A stretch of DNA of 64,000 nucleotides from Alphaproteobacteria bacterium (GCA_963665325.3 OZ224045.1:1792001-1856000), one strand, 5' to 3'. Positions 17,341 through 27,288 are shown, numbered from the stretch's first letter. The notes: generated from the letters alone by a model not told the origin. Numbers and translations are program-made.

Positions 17341-19083
17341 GTGCAACTCGACCCCGTGACCATCCGGATCCTCTGGAACCGCCTCATCACGATCGTCGAC
17401 GAGGCGGCGACGGGGCTCATGCGCACCGCCTATACCCCCTCGGTGAAGGAGTACCACGACTTCTGCTGCGCGCTGTTCGACGCCGACGCGCAGATGCTGT
17501 CCCACTCGACGGTCACGACCGCGGGATTCCTCGGCATCGTCCCGGAGGTGCTGCGCAACTTCATCGCGAAATACCCCCCGGAGACCCTCAGGCCGGGCGA
17601 CGCCATCATCACCAACGATCCCTGGATCGCGAGCGGCCACCTCATCGACATCTCGATCGCGGCCCCCATCTTTCATCGGGGCCGGATCGTCGGCTACACG
17701 CTCTGCATCGTCCACCACCTCGATATGGGCGGGCGGATGTCCACGCTCGAGTCGAAGGACATGTACGAGGAGGGGCTGAAGATCCCGATCCTCAAGCTCT
17801 TCGACGAAGGGCGGCTGAACGAGACCGTGTTCGACTTCATGCGGGCCAACATCCGGGTGCCGGACAAGGTGCTGGGCGATGTCCGGGCGCAGCTCGTCGC
17901 CAACAATGTCTGCTCGCGGGGGCTGAAGGGGCTGCTGGACGAATATCGGCTCGACGGGCTCGAGTCGCTGGGGGCCGAGGTCATCCGCCGCACCGAGTCG
18001 AGCCTCAGGCGCAAGATCGCGGCGCTCCCCGACGGGTCGTACCGCAATGTGGCGGTGCTCCCCAAGGTCCCGGGCTGCGACGACGAGATCGTTGTGAAAG
18101 TGGATGTCACGGTGGCGGGCGATAGCGTCACCGTCGACTATTCGGGCTCGTCGGGCGAGGTCGGGGCCGCGATCAACTGCTCCTACAACATGACGCGCTC
18201 CTACACCGCCTACCCCATCAAGCTCGCCCTGGACCCCCGTGTGCCGAACAATGAGGGCGGCCTGCGGCCCATCGAGGTGATTGCGCCGGAAGGCACCGTC
18301 GTCAATTCGCGCCCGCCCGCCGCCACCTGGGGCCGGACGATGATCTCGCACCTCTTTCCCGAGATCGTCTTCGCGACGATGGAGGGGATCATGCCGGAAT
18401 CGATCCTCGCCTCGAACGGCGGCTCTCCGGCCAACGAGGTCTATCTCCACGGCCGCCATTCCGACGGCCGGTCGTTCCTCGCGATCGCCCAGCACAGCGG
18501 CGGCTTCGGCGCGAGCGCCCGCCACGACGGCTATGCCTGCCTTTGCTTCCCCAACAACACGCGCAACATCCCCGTCGAGGTCACGGAGAACGAGGCGCGC
18601 ATGTACTATGTCCGCAAGGAGCTCCGCGCCGATTCGGGAGGGCCCGGCCGTAACCGCGGCGGGCTCGGCCAGGATATCGAGTTCGCGATTCTCGACGGCG
18701 GCAACGAGCGTGCCCGGGACGTCGAGAGCTCGGTGCGACTCAGCGGCCGCACCGAGGACGGCCCCTTTCCGGTGTTCGGCCGGCTCGGCGGCCGGAACGG
18801 GCGCGGCAGCGGCCTCTGGCACAATGGCGAGCCGGTTGATCACGGCATTTACCGGCGTCTCGCCCCCGGCGACCGCACGCGGTTCGTGCTGAGCGGCGGG
18901 GGCGGCTACGGCGACCCGTTCGAGCGCGAACCCGAGCGGGTGCTTGCCGACGTCGGTCAGGGCTATGTGACGGTCGAAAGCGCCGAGGAGGACTACGGCG
19001 TCGTCATCGACAGGGCGTCGATGACCGTCGACGAGGAGGCGACCCGGCGCCTCCGCGCCCGGGGGCGGTCGCCGGCGAAGTGA
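17341..19083 (+). CDS. Hydantoinase/oxoprolinase B subunit
   Basis: ITNDPW..GHL.D, HHLDMGG, EEGLKIP, GGGGYGDP. Confidence 0.92.
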   Translation: MQLDPVTIRILWNRLITIVDEAATGLMRTAYTPSVKEYHDFCCALFDADAQMLSHSTVTTAGFLGIVPEVLRNFIAKYPPETLRPGDAIITNDPWIASGHLIDISIAAPIFHRGRIVGYTLCIVHHLDMGGRMSTLESKDMYEEGLKIPILKLFDEGRLNETVFDFMRANIRVPDKVLGDVRAQLVANNVCSRGLKGLLDEYRLDGLESLGAEVIRRTESSLRRKIAALPDGSYRNVAVLPKVPGCDDEIVVKVDVTVAGDSVTVDYSGSSGEVGAAINCSYNMTRSYTAYPIKLALDPRVPNNEGGLRPIEVIAPEGTVVNSRPPAATWGRTMISHLFPEIVFATMEGIMPESILASNGGSPANEVYLHGRHSDGRSFLAIAQHSGGFGASARHDGYACLCFPNNTRNIPVEVTENEARMYYVRKELRADSGGPGRNRGGLGQDIEFAILDGGNERARDVESSVRLSGRTEDGPFPVFGRLGGRNGRGSGLWHNGEPVDHGIYRRLAPGDRTRFVLSGGGGYGDPFEREPERVLADVGQGYVTVESAEEDYGVVIDRASMTVDEEATRRLRARGRSPAK

Positions 19084-19259
19084 AGACCGCGGACGGTCCG
19101 GCGGGACGGCGGGCGGCCGATTCGGTTGGACAAAGGGGAATTTTCGCTTCTACTGTCCATGCCCCTTTCGCGGGGGCGGGATGACTTGAACCGTTGGAAC
19201 CGCGGGAACCCCCCGGTCCTGCAGGGGACCGCCAGTCGAACGTGCCGGAAGCCTTGCTC

Positions 19260-20543
19260 ATGGACGGAGCCCTGAAGACAGACCCCTTCTGGTGGGAAGC
19301 CGCGCCGCGCCCCGACCCTGAGCCCGACGAACTGCCGGCGCGCGCCGATGCGGTGGTCGTCGGGGCCGGCTTCACGGGCCTCAGCGCCGCGCTGACGCTC
19401 GCGCGGGCGGGGCGCAAGGTCGTGGTGCTGGAAAAGGGCAGGCCGGGCGAGGGCGCGTCGAGTCGCAATGGCGGCATCGCCAGCGGCAATCTCCGGCGGA
19501 GCTTCGGCGGCATGATCCGTGCCTGGGGGCTGGAGCGCGCCAGGGCCGTGGAGGCCGAAGGGCAGGCCGCGCGCGCCGACCTCGCGCGCTTCATCGGGGA
19601 CGAGGGCATCGACTGCGACTGGAAGCAGACCGGGCGCTTCACCGGCGCGATGCGCCCGAAGCACTACGAGTCCATGGCTGCCGAATGCGAGCTGCTGAAC
19701 CGCCATCTGGACTACGGGGCCTGGATGGTGCCGAAAGCCGAGCAGCACGCGGAGATCGGCTCCGACCTCTATTGCGGCGGCATGGTGCGCGAGGACATCG
19801 GCGGGCTGCATCCCGGCAAGTTCCATCAGGGCATGCTCGACCGGGCGCTCGAAGCGGGCGTTGCCGTCCATGCGCGCACGGCGGTCGAGACCGTCGAGGA
19901 CGACAGCAGCACGAAACGGGTTCGAACCGCACGCGGCAGCATTGCGGCGCCGCATGTCATCGTGGCGACGAACGGCTATACCGGCCGCGAGGCGCCCTGG
20001 CTGCGCCGGCGCATCGTGCCGATCCCGAGCCAGATCGTCGCGACCGACCCGATCCCGAAGGAGGTGCTCGACCGGCTGATGCCGAAGCGCCGGATGCTGG
20101 GCGAGACGCGCAACCTCTACCACTATTTCCGCCCCGCGCCGGACGACAGCCGCATCGTGTTCGGCGGCAGGGCGGGGGCGCTCACCGACGACGAGTCGCG
20201 CAAGGCCCAGCGGCTCGGCGCCGGACTGGCGCAGATCTTCCCGGAACTTGCCGGCATCGGCGTCACCCACTGCTGGTTCGGCTATACCGGCTTCACCTTC
20301 GACTTCATGCCGAAGCTGGTGGTGCGCAACGGCGTGCACTACGCCGCCGGCTTCTGCGGCTCGGGCGTAGTCTGGGCGCGCTGGCTCGGCATGAAGGCGG
20401 CGCAGAGCATTGTCGGCAACCGGCCGCCGGAGACGGCCTTCGCCGCCGGCGATTTCGCCACCCGCCCGCTCTATTACGGCCGCCCCTGGTTCCTGCCCCT
20501 CATGGTCGGCTGGTACGAGTTCAAGGACCGGGTGGGGCTGTAG
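19260..20543 (+). CDS. FAD-dependent oxidoreductase (DAO/PuuB-like)
   Basis: VVGAGFTGLSAA, GASSRNGG, VATNGYT. Confidence 0.88.
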   Translation: MDGALKTDPFWWEAAPRPDPEPDELPARADAVVVGAGFTGLSAALTLARAGRKVVVLEKGRPGEGASSRNGGIASGNLRRSFGGMIRAWGLERARAVEAEGQAARADLARFIGDEGIDCDWKQTGRFTGAMRPKHYESMAAECELLNRHLDYGAWMVPKAEQHAEIGSDLYCGGMVREDIGGLHPGKFHQGMLDRALEAGVAVHARTAVETVEDDSSTKRVRTARGSIAAPHVIVATNGYTGREAPWLRRRIVPIPSQIVATDPIPKEVLDRLMPKRRMLGETRNLYHYFRPAPDDSRIVFGGRAGALTDDESRKAQRLGAGLAQIFPELAGIGVTHCWFGYTGFTFDFMPKLVVRNGVHYAAGFCGSGVVWARWLGMKAAQSIVGNRPPETAFAAGDFATRPLYYGRPWFLPLMVGWYEFKDRVGL

Positions 20544-20549
20544 CCCACA

Positions 20550-21071
20550 TCAGCGCCCTCCGGATATCGCCCTGAAAATGCGGAGCCCTGCGCCCCGCCT
20601 GTCGAAGACAAGGTGCTTGATGGCGCCGAGCAGGTGGAGGGCGACCAGCGGGATGAAGAGATGGCCCGCGACGTCGTGGACCCGTTCCACGATTTCATGC
20701 ACGGCCCGGTTCGCTCCCATCGGGGAGGGAATTCCGAGTCCGAACACGTCCAGCTCCTGCCCGAGCGACCAGGGGAGCAAATATCCGGAGACCACGACAA
20801 CCACGATCGCGACAAGCAGCGCCCGGTGAACGAGCCATGCCGCGAGATTGAAGACGGCCCACTGGTCCGGTGCGTCGGGCATGCCGCGCCTCATCCGGTG
20901 CCATACCCGCCACAGGAGAAACAGCCCGGCAATTGCGCCGCCGCTCACATGAAAGACATAGGCGGCGCTGCCTCGTTCTCCTTCGTGGGTGAAGAACAGC
21001 GAGACGACCAGGATTGCCGCCAGCCAGTGGACGAGGATGGAGGAGAGCGAGTAGCCGTCGCTGCGGGTCAT
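20550..21071 (-). CDS. Cytochrome b561 family protein
   Basis: Four TM helices with conserved His (HW, HVSGG, HD, LHLLGAIKH). Confidence 0.85.
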   Translation of the reverse strand: MTRSDGYSLSSILVHWLAAILVVSLFFTHEGERGSAAYVFHVSGGAIAGLFLLWRVWHRMRRGMPDAPDQWAVFNLAAWLVHRALLVAIVVVVVSGYLLPWSLGQELDVFGLGIPSPMGANRAVHEIVERVHDVAGHLFIPLVALHLLGAIKHLVFDRRGAGLRIFRAISGGR

Positions 21072-21081
21072 GGGACTTCCC

Positions 21082-21570
21082 TCAGTCCGGTCGAGCCGGG
21101 CGCGGCGCCGGTTGGTGTTGACTGCGCCGGCCGGACCAGCGCCGGACCCTCGCGCAATAGGCGTCGTATTCCGCGCCGAACCGTCTTTGCATCACCTCCT
21201 CTTCGTAGGCGATGTACCAGTAGCGGACGATGAGGGCGAAGACCGCGGCGAGGATGAGCGCCGCCGCCGTCGCCGAGGCGAGCGCGGCGCCGAAGCCCGC
21301 CAGCACAAGACCCAGATACATCGGGTTGCGGCTGACGGTGTAAAGCCCGTCGGTGACCAGCATGTCCGGGTCCTCGAATGTATAGACATTCGTTCCCGCC
21401 CGCTGGAACCGCATCTTGCCGGCGACGGAGATGGCGATGCCCAGGACAGCGAGCGCCCCGCCGGCCCAGGGCAGCCAGGGCCGGTCGAACCGTTCGAGGG
21501 GCAGGAACAGGTATGCCGCCAGAATGGCGGCAATCAGGATCCAGAAGAGCGTCGGGGGATTGATGCGCAT
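21082..21570 (-). CDS. Isoprenylcysteine carboxylmethyltransferase/PEMT family protein
   Basis: LVTDGLY..SRNPMYLG, EEEVM..FG..Y..Y..VRRW. Confidence 0.88.
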   Translation of the reverse strand: MRINPPTLFWILIAAILAAYLFLPLERFDRPWLPWAGGALAVLGIAISVAGKMRFQRAGTNVYTFEDPDMLVTDGLYTVSRNPMYLGLVLAGFGAALASATAAALILAAVFALIVRYWYIAYEEEVMQRRFGAEYDAYCARVRRWSGRRSQHQPAPRPARPD

Positions 21571-21706
21571 GGCTTGCCCTCGCAGAAGCGAATGCCGCCT
21601 TCTGTAGGACCTGTATGTAACGCGCCTGTGTCCCGGCCCGCCCCAATCGGTAACGCCGTGTTTCCGGAGGGCGCTCCGTTACGCTCCGTAACCGAAGATC
21701 GCGCCC

Positions 21707-22330
21707 TCAGACCTCCTGCGCCTTGAGGCCGCGCTGCACTGCCGGGCGGGCGGTCATGATGTCGTACCAGCGCTTCACATTCGGAAAGCGGTCGAAGTCG
21801 AGGTCGATCCACTCATAGCGGCAGGCCCAGGGATAGACGGCGACATCGGCGATGGAATAGTCGTCGCAGAGGAAGTCCCGCCCCTCCAGCCGCCGGTCCA
21901 TGACGCCGTAGAGCCGGTAGCTCTCCTCGGTATAGCGCTCGATGCCGTAGTGCACCTCGACCTTGGCCGCGCGCCGGAAATGGTGCGCCTGGCCCTGCAT
22001 CGGCCCGACGCCGCCCATCTGCCACATCAGCCATTGCAGAACCTCGTAGCGCTTGCGCGGCTCCGTCGGCCAGAGCGGGCTCCCGGTTTTCTCGGCGAGG
22101 TAGATCAGGATGGCGCCGCTCTCGAACAGCGAAATCGGCCCGCCGTCGGGGCCTTCGGGGTCGATGATCGCCGGGATGCGGTTGTTCGGGCTGATCTTGA
22201 GGAAATCGGGGTGGAACTGCTCGTCCTTGCCGATATTGACCGGGTGCCACTGGTACTCGAGCCCCAGCTCCTCCAGCATGATCGAGATCTTGCGCCCGTT
22301 GGACGTGTTCCAGCTATGGAGATGAATCAT
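21707..22330 (-). CDS. Glutathione S-transferase (YfcG-like)
   Basis: TSNGRK, SPNNRIPAI, FESGAIL. Confidence 0.9.
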   Translation of the reverse strand: MIHLHSWNTSNGRKISIMLEELGLEYQWHPVNIGKDEQFHPDFLKISPNNRIPAIIDPEGPDGGPISLFESGAILIYLAEKTGSPLWPTEPRKRYEVLQWLMWQMGGVGPMQGQAHHFRRAAKVEVHYGIERYTEESYRLYGVMDRRLEGRDFLCDDYSIADVAVYPWACRYEWIDLDFDRFPNVKRWYDIMTARPAVQRGLKAQEV

Positions 22331-22380
22331 TGAGGCCGTTTCCCCCGGCAATTCTCGTTTCGCGCAACCGCAGGCCGACC

Positions 22381-23487
22381 TTACCCGCCGGCCGCACCAT
22401 TGGCGAGCAGGGCATCGATGCGCGGGGGCGCCATGCCGGTGGCGCGGACGGACGCGGTGATTGCGTCCCAGGCCTCATCGGCGAGCGGCAGGCCGTAGGC
22501 GCGGCGCTCGGCGGCGGTGGCCCGCTCCGGGTCGCCGGGCACCAGCACCGGCTTGTCCGGGTCGGCAGGCCGGGCGGACAGCAGCCACTCGACATAGTCC
22601 TCCACCGCTGTGGCGAAGGCCTCGCCCGGGCCGAAGGCGTCCGGCACGGCGTAAAGCGAGAACATGCCGTTGGCGAACGGCCGCTGCTCCGGGCCGCAAA
22701 CGCCGTTCCCGGTGAGCGCGCCGCCCAGCAGCTCGCACATCAGCGCCAGGCCCGAGCCCTTGTGATCGCCCATGGCGCGGATGGCGCCCTCGCCATTGCG
22801 GAATTGCGGCGGCGCGTCGGGTCCCGCCGAGCCGTAAAGCGCCACCGGGTCGCTTGTAAGCCGGCCCTCTCCGTCGATCAGCGCATGATCCGGCACCGGC
22901 TTGCCGCCCTTGGCGGCGACCAGCACCTTGCCTTCCGCTACCACGGACGTGGCGAAGTCGAGCACCAGCGGGTCCCGGTCCCTGCGCGGCACGGCGACAC
23001 AGAAGGGTGCGGTCGAGAAGCGCCGCTCGCGCGCGCCGTAGGGCGCAACCAGGATGCTGCCGCGCGCATTCACGAAATGGACCGAGACCAGGCCTTCCTC
23101 AGCGGCCATCGCGGCCCACTCGCCGATGCGGCCGAGATGGCCGGTATTGCGCAGCGCCACCACGCCGACGCCGCCTGAGCGCGCCTTGTCGATGCCGCAG
23201 CGCACGGCCTGCGGGCCGATGGTCTGGCCGAAGCCGAGCCGCCCGTCGAGCACCGCCATCGCGCCGGTGTCCGATACGGTCTCCACCTCGCGGTCCGCCA
23301 CGACCCGCCCGTCGCGCAGCATGTCCAGGTAGCGCGGGACGCGCACGATGCCGTGGCTGTCATGGCCGGCAAGGTTGGCCGATACCAACGAGACGGCAAT
23401 GCGCGCGCCCTCGGCATCGGAACAGCCCGCCGCAGCGAAGGCTTCGCCGATCAGGGATTCGGCGGTTTCGACCGGTATGCGAGGCAC
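22381..23487 (-). CDS. Ldh_2 family malate/lactate/ureidoglycolate dehydrogenase
   Basis: GHDSHG, HLGRIG, LDFATS, HKGSGL. Confidence 0.88.
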   Translation of the reverse strand: MPRIPVETAESLIGEAFAAAGCSDAEGARIAVSLVSANLAGHDSHGIVRVPRYLDMLRDGRVVADREVETVSDTGAMAVLDGRLGFGQTIGPQAVRCGIDKARSGGVGVVALRNTGHLGRIGEWAAMAAEEGLVSVHFVNARGSILVAPYGARERRFSTAPFCVAVPRRDRDPLVLDFATSVVAEGKVLVAAKGGKPVPDHALIDGEGRLTSDPVALYGSAGPDAPPQFRNGEGAIRAMGDHKGSGLALMCELLGGALTGNGVCGPEQRPFANGMFSLYAVPDAFGPGEAFATAVEDYVEWLLSARPADPDKPVLVPGDPERATAAERRAYGLPLADEAWDAITASVRATGMAPPRIDALLANGAAGG

Positions 23488-23497
23488 CGGGTTCTCC

Positions 23498-24532
23498 TCA
23501 GAGTGTCGGGAACAGCACTCCGAAGACGATACCGGAGAGGACCGCGCCCGCAAATCCGAGTCCGACATAGGCCGCGAAGACAGGGCGTCGCACCAGCGCA
23601 TAGACGGCCGTCATAGCCGGGATGCAGCTCACCGCGCCCGCCACCATGAACGCCATGCCGGCGCCGTTGGTCATGCCCTGCTCGATCAGTCCGGCAACGA
23701 GCGCCGGGGCCGCATAGCCGTTCAGATAGGCGGGCGCGCCCACCAGCGCCGCGACGACGATCGGCAACAGTCCCTCGCCGCCGACCGCGCCCGCAATCGC
23801 CTCCGCCGGCAGCCAGGCCAGCATCAGGCTCTCCAGCAGGTAGGCGAGCGTCAGCCATTTGAGCAGGAAGAGCGCATTGTCCCGCGCCTCGGATGCGAAG
23901 AGCCGCCGACGGTCGGCATCTCCCCAGAAGCGCCATTCCGGCGCGCCGCCGAACGCGCTCGGGGCGCCGCAGCAACCGCCGGCCTCGCGCGGTCTCACGG
24001 GGTTTGCGAACAGGCCGGCGCCCATCGCCGCCTGCACCGCGAAACCGCCCATGAGGCCGACGCCGACGGCAGCCACGGTCTTGCCGACGGCAAACGGCCA
24101 GCCGAGCGCGCCGGCGGTGATGAGGAAGGCGGCGGGGTCCATCAGCGGCGAGGACAGCCAGAACGCCATCACCGCCGAAACCGGCGTGCCGAGCGCCAGC
24201 AGCGCCGCGACGAAGGGGATCACCTCGCAGGAGCAGAAGGGCGCGAGCCCGCCGACCAGAGCCGCCAGCACGATCATCCGGGTTTCCCGCCCGACAAAGG
24301 CCCGCGCCACCAGCGCGTCCGCGCCCGTTGCTTTCAACACCGCGACAGCCAGCACCGCAAAGGCGATGAAGGGCAGGGTCTGCGCGAGCGCCCCCAGCGT
24401 GGAGGACACGGACGGCCGGAACTGGGCCGGATCGGCAAGCGCGACCGCTGCCAGGATGATGAGCACGGCCGGCCAGACGCGGCCGATATTCGGCCATTCC
24501 AAGCGTCTCAGGGTAGCAACAAGGGCCGTCAT
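23498..24532 (-). CDS. ArsP-like permease
   Basis: PFCSCEVIP, many TM helices, adjacent ArsR gene. Confidence 0.82.
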   Translation of the reverse strand: MTALVATLRRLEWPNIGRVWPAVLIILAAVALADPAQFRPSVSSTLGALAQTLPFIAFAVLAVAVLKATGADALVARAFVGRETRMIVLAALVGGLAPFCSCEVIPFVAALLALGTPVSAVMAFWLSSPLMDPAAFLITAGALGWPFAVGKTVAAVGVGLMGGFAVQAAMGAGLFANPVRPREAGGCCGAPSAFGGAPEWRFWGDADRRRLFASEARDNALFLLKWLTLAYLLESLMLAWLPAEAIAGAVGGEGLLPIVVAALVGAPAYLNGYAAPALVAGLIEQGMTNGAGMAFMVAGAVSCIPAMTAVYALVRRPVFAAYVGLGFAGAVLSGIVFGVLFPTL

Positions 24533-24560
24533 CGGGCGGTCTCTATTTCGGTATTTCTAA

Positions 24561-24884
24561 CTAAATCGAAATATGCCGATGGCCGGAAGAGCTGTCAAGC
24601 TCGTCGGCGCAGCATTCCTTCAGCAGGAAACCGAGCGTCTCCGTCATCGCTTCGGCATTGGCGCGGCAGATGAGCGTGGTGCCGCGCCGCTCCCGGCTCA
24701 TCAGGCCGCAATCCACCAGCCGGCGCAGATGGTGCGAGAGCGTGGAGCGGGGAACGCCGGTGCGCTCATGAATATCGTTGACGGCAAGTCCCCGCTCGCC
24801 CGCCCGCACCACATGGCGGAACACGGCAAGCCGCGTCTCGTTGCCGAGCACTTCCAGGCGGACGGCGATTTCACCAAGCGTCAT
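24561..24884 (-). CDS. ArsR family regulator
   Basis: LGNETRL, STLSHHL, FLLKECC. Confidence 0.88.
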   Translation of the reverse strand: MTLGEIAVRLEVLGNETRLAVFRHVVRAGERGLAVNDIHERTGVPRSTLSHHLRRLVDCGLMSRERRGTTLICRANAEAMTETLGFLLKECCADELDSSSGHRHISI

Positions 24885-24988
24885 GGGGCCGCAGTATAGA
24901 GTGGAATAACGGCCGCGCCGCATCGTCTGCGCGAGCGCCCCTGCCAGTACGCTTCGGCGCCCGCAAATCTACGATGAAATTCCAAAAA

Positions 24989-25040
24989 GTTCTCTTATTG
25001 TTCGTTTCACTGCTTGACTTATGAGAAAATGTGCTAGACT
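24989..25040 (+). promoter_or_regulatory. Alphaproteobacterial LexA box plus sigma70-like promoter
   Basis: GTTC-TCTTATT-GTTC (24989-25003), TTGACT (25014), GCTAGACT (25033). Confidence 0.6.
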
Positions 25041-25255
25041 GTCCATGAAGGAAGGGGCATCCGGGGCCGCTTCTCCGGCGCCGCGCGGCGCCATTTTCAA
25101 AAGACCCATCCAGAATACACGGGAGACGTGCGCCCAGCGTCTCGCGCGCGCAATCAGGCGCACGAACCGCGCCGGCGCCAACGGGCGCCCCCGCCCGCGC
25201 GCAAACCGCGCGCGGTAAAGGGACCCGCCGCTCCCGGACCGGCAAGGAGACATGG

Positions 25256-25550
25256 ATGACCGCAGCCGACCCCCGTCCCGCCCTGGCGCCGGCCGCCGAA
25301 GCCCTCGCCGCAGCCTATGTCCAGAACATGGGCGCCGGGCCGCCGCCGCCCGACGACCGCGCCCGAGCCGAATGCCACCGGGCCGGGCGCGCCGCGCTCG
25401 CCCATCTGCGCCAGCTTCTGGCCGTAATGGACTGGGCCGCCGCACATTTGCCCGAGCCGGCCGCAGCGCCCCTCGAAGTCTGGCTACGATGGGAGCGAGG
25501 ACGAGTACTGCCATGGCGAAAGGAAATATGTCGGAAAGCTGAGGACACCC
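25256..25550 (+). pseudogene. Small helical protein remnant, 3' end degraded
   Basis: AGGAG RBS; MTAADP..CHRAGRAALAHLRQLLAVMDW; sequence turns non-coding-like and repeat-derived after ~25480. Confidence 0.35.
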
Positions 25551-25605
25551 GCACTAGAGCGGAAGCCATTCGGATTGAATCGCAATTGGGACTGAACCCA
25601 AAACC

Positions 25606-25707
25606 GTCACCCCGGCCTACGAGCCGGGGTCCAGAACGGCTTTCAAAACTTGGTGAAGTCCCGGTAGGCTGGACCCCGGATCTCCGCTGCGCTCCGTCCG
25701 GGGTGAC
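25606..25707. repeat. REP-like inverted palindrome doublet
   Basis: GTCACCCCGG..CCGGGGTCCAG (25606-25633) facing CTGGACCCCGG..CCGGGGTGAC (25669-25707). Confidence 0.75.
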
Positions 25708-25734
25708 AATTGAGACTGCACGTTCGACTTCGTT

Positions 25735-25926
25735 TCAACTCGAATGGCCCGTGCCCTGGCGCACCGGCAGGCCCCGGATTTCTCCCAGCGCAAGGTCTTC
25801 GAACGGCGTCAGGCGCATCTCATCGAGGCCTCGCATCGTCCGCGTCGCCATAACGCCTGCTCCCGCCAGGCCGAGCGCGGACTCATGCACGGCCGCCAGC
25901 GCGTCTCCTCTGGATTACTTGGCCAT
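25735..25926 (-). pseudogene. HigA-like (XRE) antitoxin pseudogene
   Basis: MAK*SRGDALAAVHESALGLAGAGVMATRTMRGLDEMRLTPFEDLALGEIR: internal stop at codon 4, HTH missing. Confidence 0.65.
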
Positions 25927-25978
25927 CGCAGATCGCCTCGAAAACAGCTCTGTTGGACATGCTTCCCTGAGACAGGCC

Positions 25979-26755
25979 TCACACGATCTCCAGCTCCACC
26001 GTGCCCAGCGCCTCGTGGGTATAGACGGCGCGGTTGCCGGCCTCCAGGAACTGCGTCGGCACGATGGAGCCGGTCATCACGAGCTCGCCGGCGCGGAGCG
26101 GGCGGCCGCGGGCGATGGCGTTGTTGGCGAGCCAGGCCAGCGGCTCAAAGGGATGGCCCATGGCGTCGCCGCCCCGGCCCTCGCCCACGGGCTTGCCGTC
26201 GATCTCCAGGCTGCCGCGCGCGCCCACGAGGTCGAGCGCCTGCCAGTCGGCGATTTCCGGGCCGGCGACGACACCGCCGTTCCAGGCATTGTCGGCGATG
26301 AGCTCGAAGGCGTTCATGTTGTTGTAGTCGGCCTCGCGGTCGTCGATGAGCTCGAAAGCGGCCGCGACCGCGCCGACATGGCCCGCCACGCTCTCCCGCG
26401 TCCAGGGGCGGCCCGTGTCCGGCAGGTCGTCCGCGAGGCGCACCATCGCCTCGCATTCGAGCCCGATGCGCATCAGCGACGAGCGCGGCAGCCGGGCGGG
26501 AGAGCGGTGGACGCGCTCGGCGAAGATCGCGCCGGCGCAGGGCTGGTCGATGCCGGGCACGACGCGGCGCATGGCGGCGGAGGTCAGCGCCACCTTCCAG
26601 CCCGCAATCGGCAGGGCGAGGGCGTCCACGAACGCCCCCTGTACCCGGTAGGCGTCCTCCTCGGATTGCGGCGCAATGCCGGCAGGCAGGCGCTCGAAGC
26701 GCCGGCCCTCCCGGTGCGCGGCGAGCAGGAAGTCCGCCGCTGCCTCGACAGTCAC
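25979..26755 (-). CDS. 2-keto-4-pentenoate hydratase / FAH family protein
   Basis: EDAYRVQ, GWKVAL, IADNAWNGG, VMTGS. Confidence 0.85.
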   Translation of the reverse strand: MTVEAAADFLLAAHREGRRFERLPAGIAPQSEEDAYRVQGAFVDALALPIAGWKVALTSAAMRRVVPGIDQPCAGAIFAERVHRSPARLPRSSLMRIGLECEAMVRLADDLPDTGRPWTRESVAGHVGAVAAAFELIDDREADYNNMNAFELIADNAWNGGVVAGPEIADWQALDLVGARGSLEIDGKPVGEGRGGDAMGHPFEPLAWLANNAIARGRPLRAGELVMTGSIVPTQFLEAGNRAVYTHEALGTVELEIV

Positions 26756-27153
26756 ACGCCCATCTCCTCGAACACCTTCGAGGCTTCCCTGAACGCCTCG
26801 ACGGCGGCCGGCACGCCGGCATAGATGCCGACCTGCAGGAACACCTCGGCGATCTCTTCCTTGGTGACGCCATTGTTGAGCGCCCCGCGCGTGTGCAGGC
26901 GAAGCTCGTGCGTGCGCCCCAGCGCCGCCAGCATGGTCAGGTTCATGATGCTGCGGGTCTTGTCCGGCAGGCCGTCGCGGCACCACACCGTGCCCCAGCA
27001 ATATTCGGTGACGAATTGCTGGAGCTGGTGGGCGAAATCGTCCTCCGCGCCCCTGGCGATGGAGGGCCCGACATATTCTTCGCCGAGCACGCGGCGGCGG
27101 GCGGCCAGCCCCTGTTCGAAGCCCGGGGTGCGGTCGTAGCTGCTGAGGTCCAT
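26752..27153 (-). CDS. Carboxymuconolactone decarboxylase family protein
   Basis: WGTVWCRDGL, HTRGALNNG, YAGVPAA. Confidence 0.9.
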   Translation of the reverse strand: MDLSSYDRTPGFEQGLAARRRVLGEEYVGPSIARGAEDDFAHQLQQFVTEYCWGTVWCRDGLPDKTRSIMNLTMLAALGRTHELRLHTRGALNNGVTKEEIAEVFLQVGIYAGVPAAVEAFREASKVFEEMGV

Positions 27154-27212
27154 GGTCTTGTTCGCTCCGTTTCGGTCCCCCGCAGCAAACCCTATTCGCG
27201 GTCCCCGCTCAA

Positions 27213-27288
27213 GCGGGGCCGGGGAGGAGGCTCATGACAAAACATGACATCCCATGACATCCCGCGGGGGTCCCGCTCCCGGCCCCGC
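27213..27288. repeat. 11-bp stem enclosing three phased CATGACA repeats
   Basis: GCGGGGCCGGG/CCCGGCCCCGC; CATGACA at 27233, 27243 and 27253. Confidence 0.7.

Noticed and set aside
15025-18843. 1272-aa minus-strand ORF and similar long antisense ORFs (e.g. 6142-7842, 48655-49854, 50134-51882)
   Set aside because: Shadow frames of well-supported genes in high-GC DNA, with no recognisable motifs
25554-25585. CTAGAGC-type miniature repeat element
   Set aside because: Only one half is visible, with no matching GCTCTAG end
25256-26824. 522-aa ORF as a real gene
   Set aside because: It runs through REP-like repeats, a pseudogene and the antisense strand of the hydratase; only the first ~75 codons look coding
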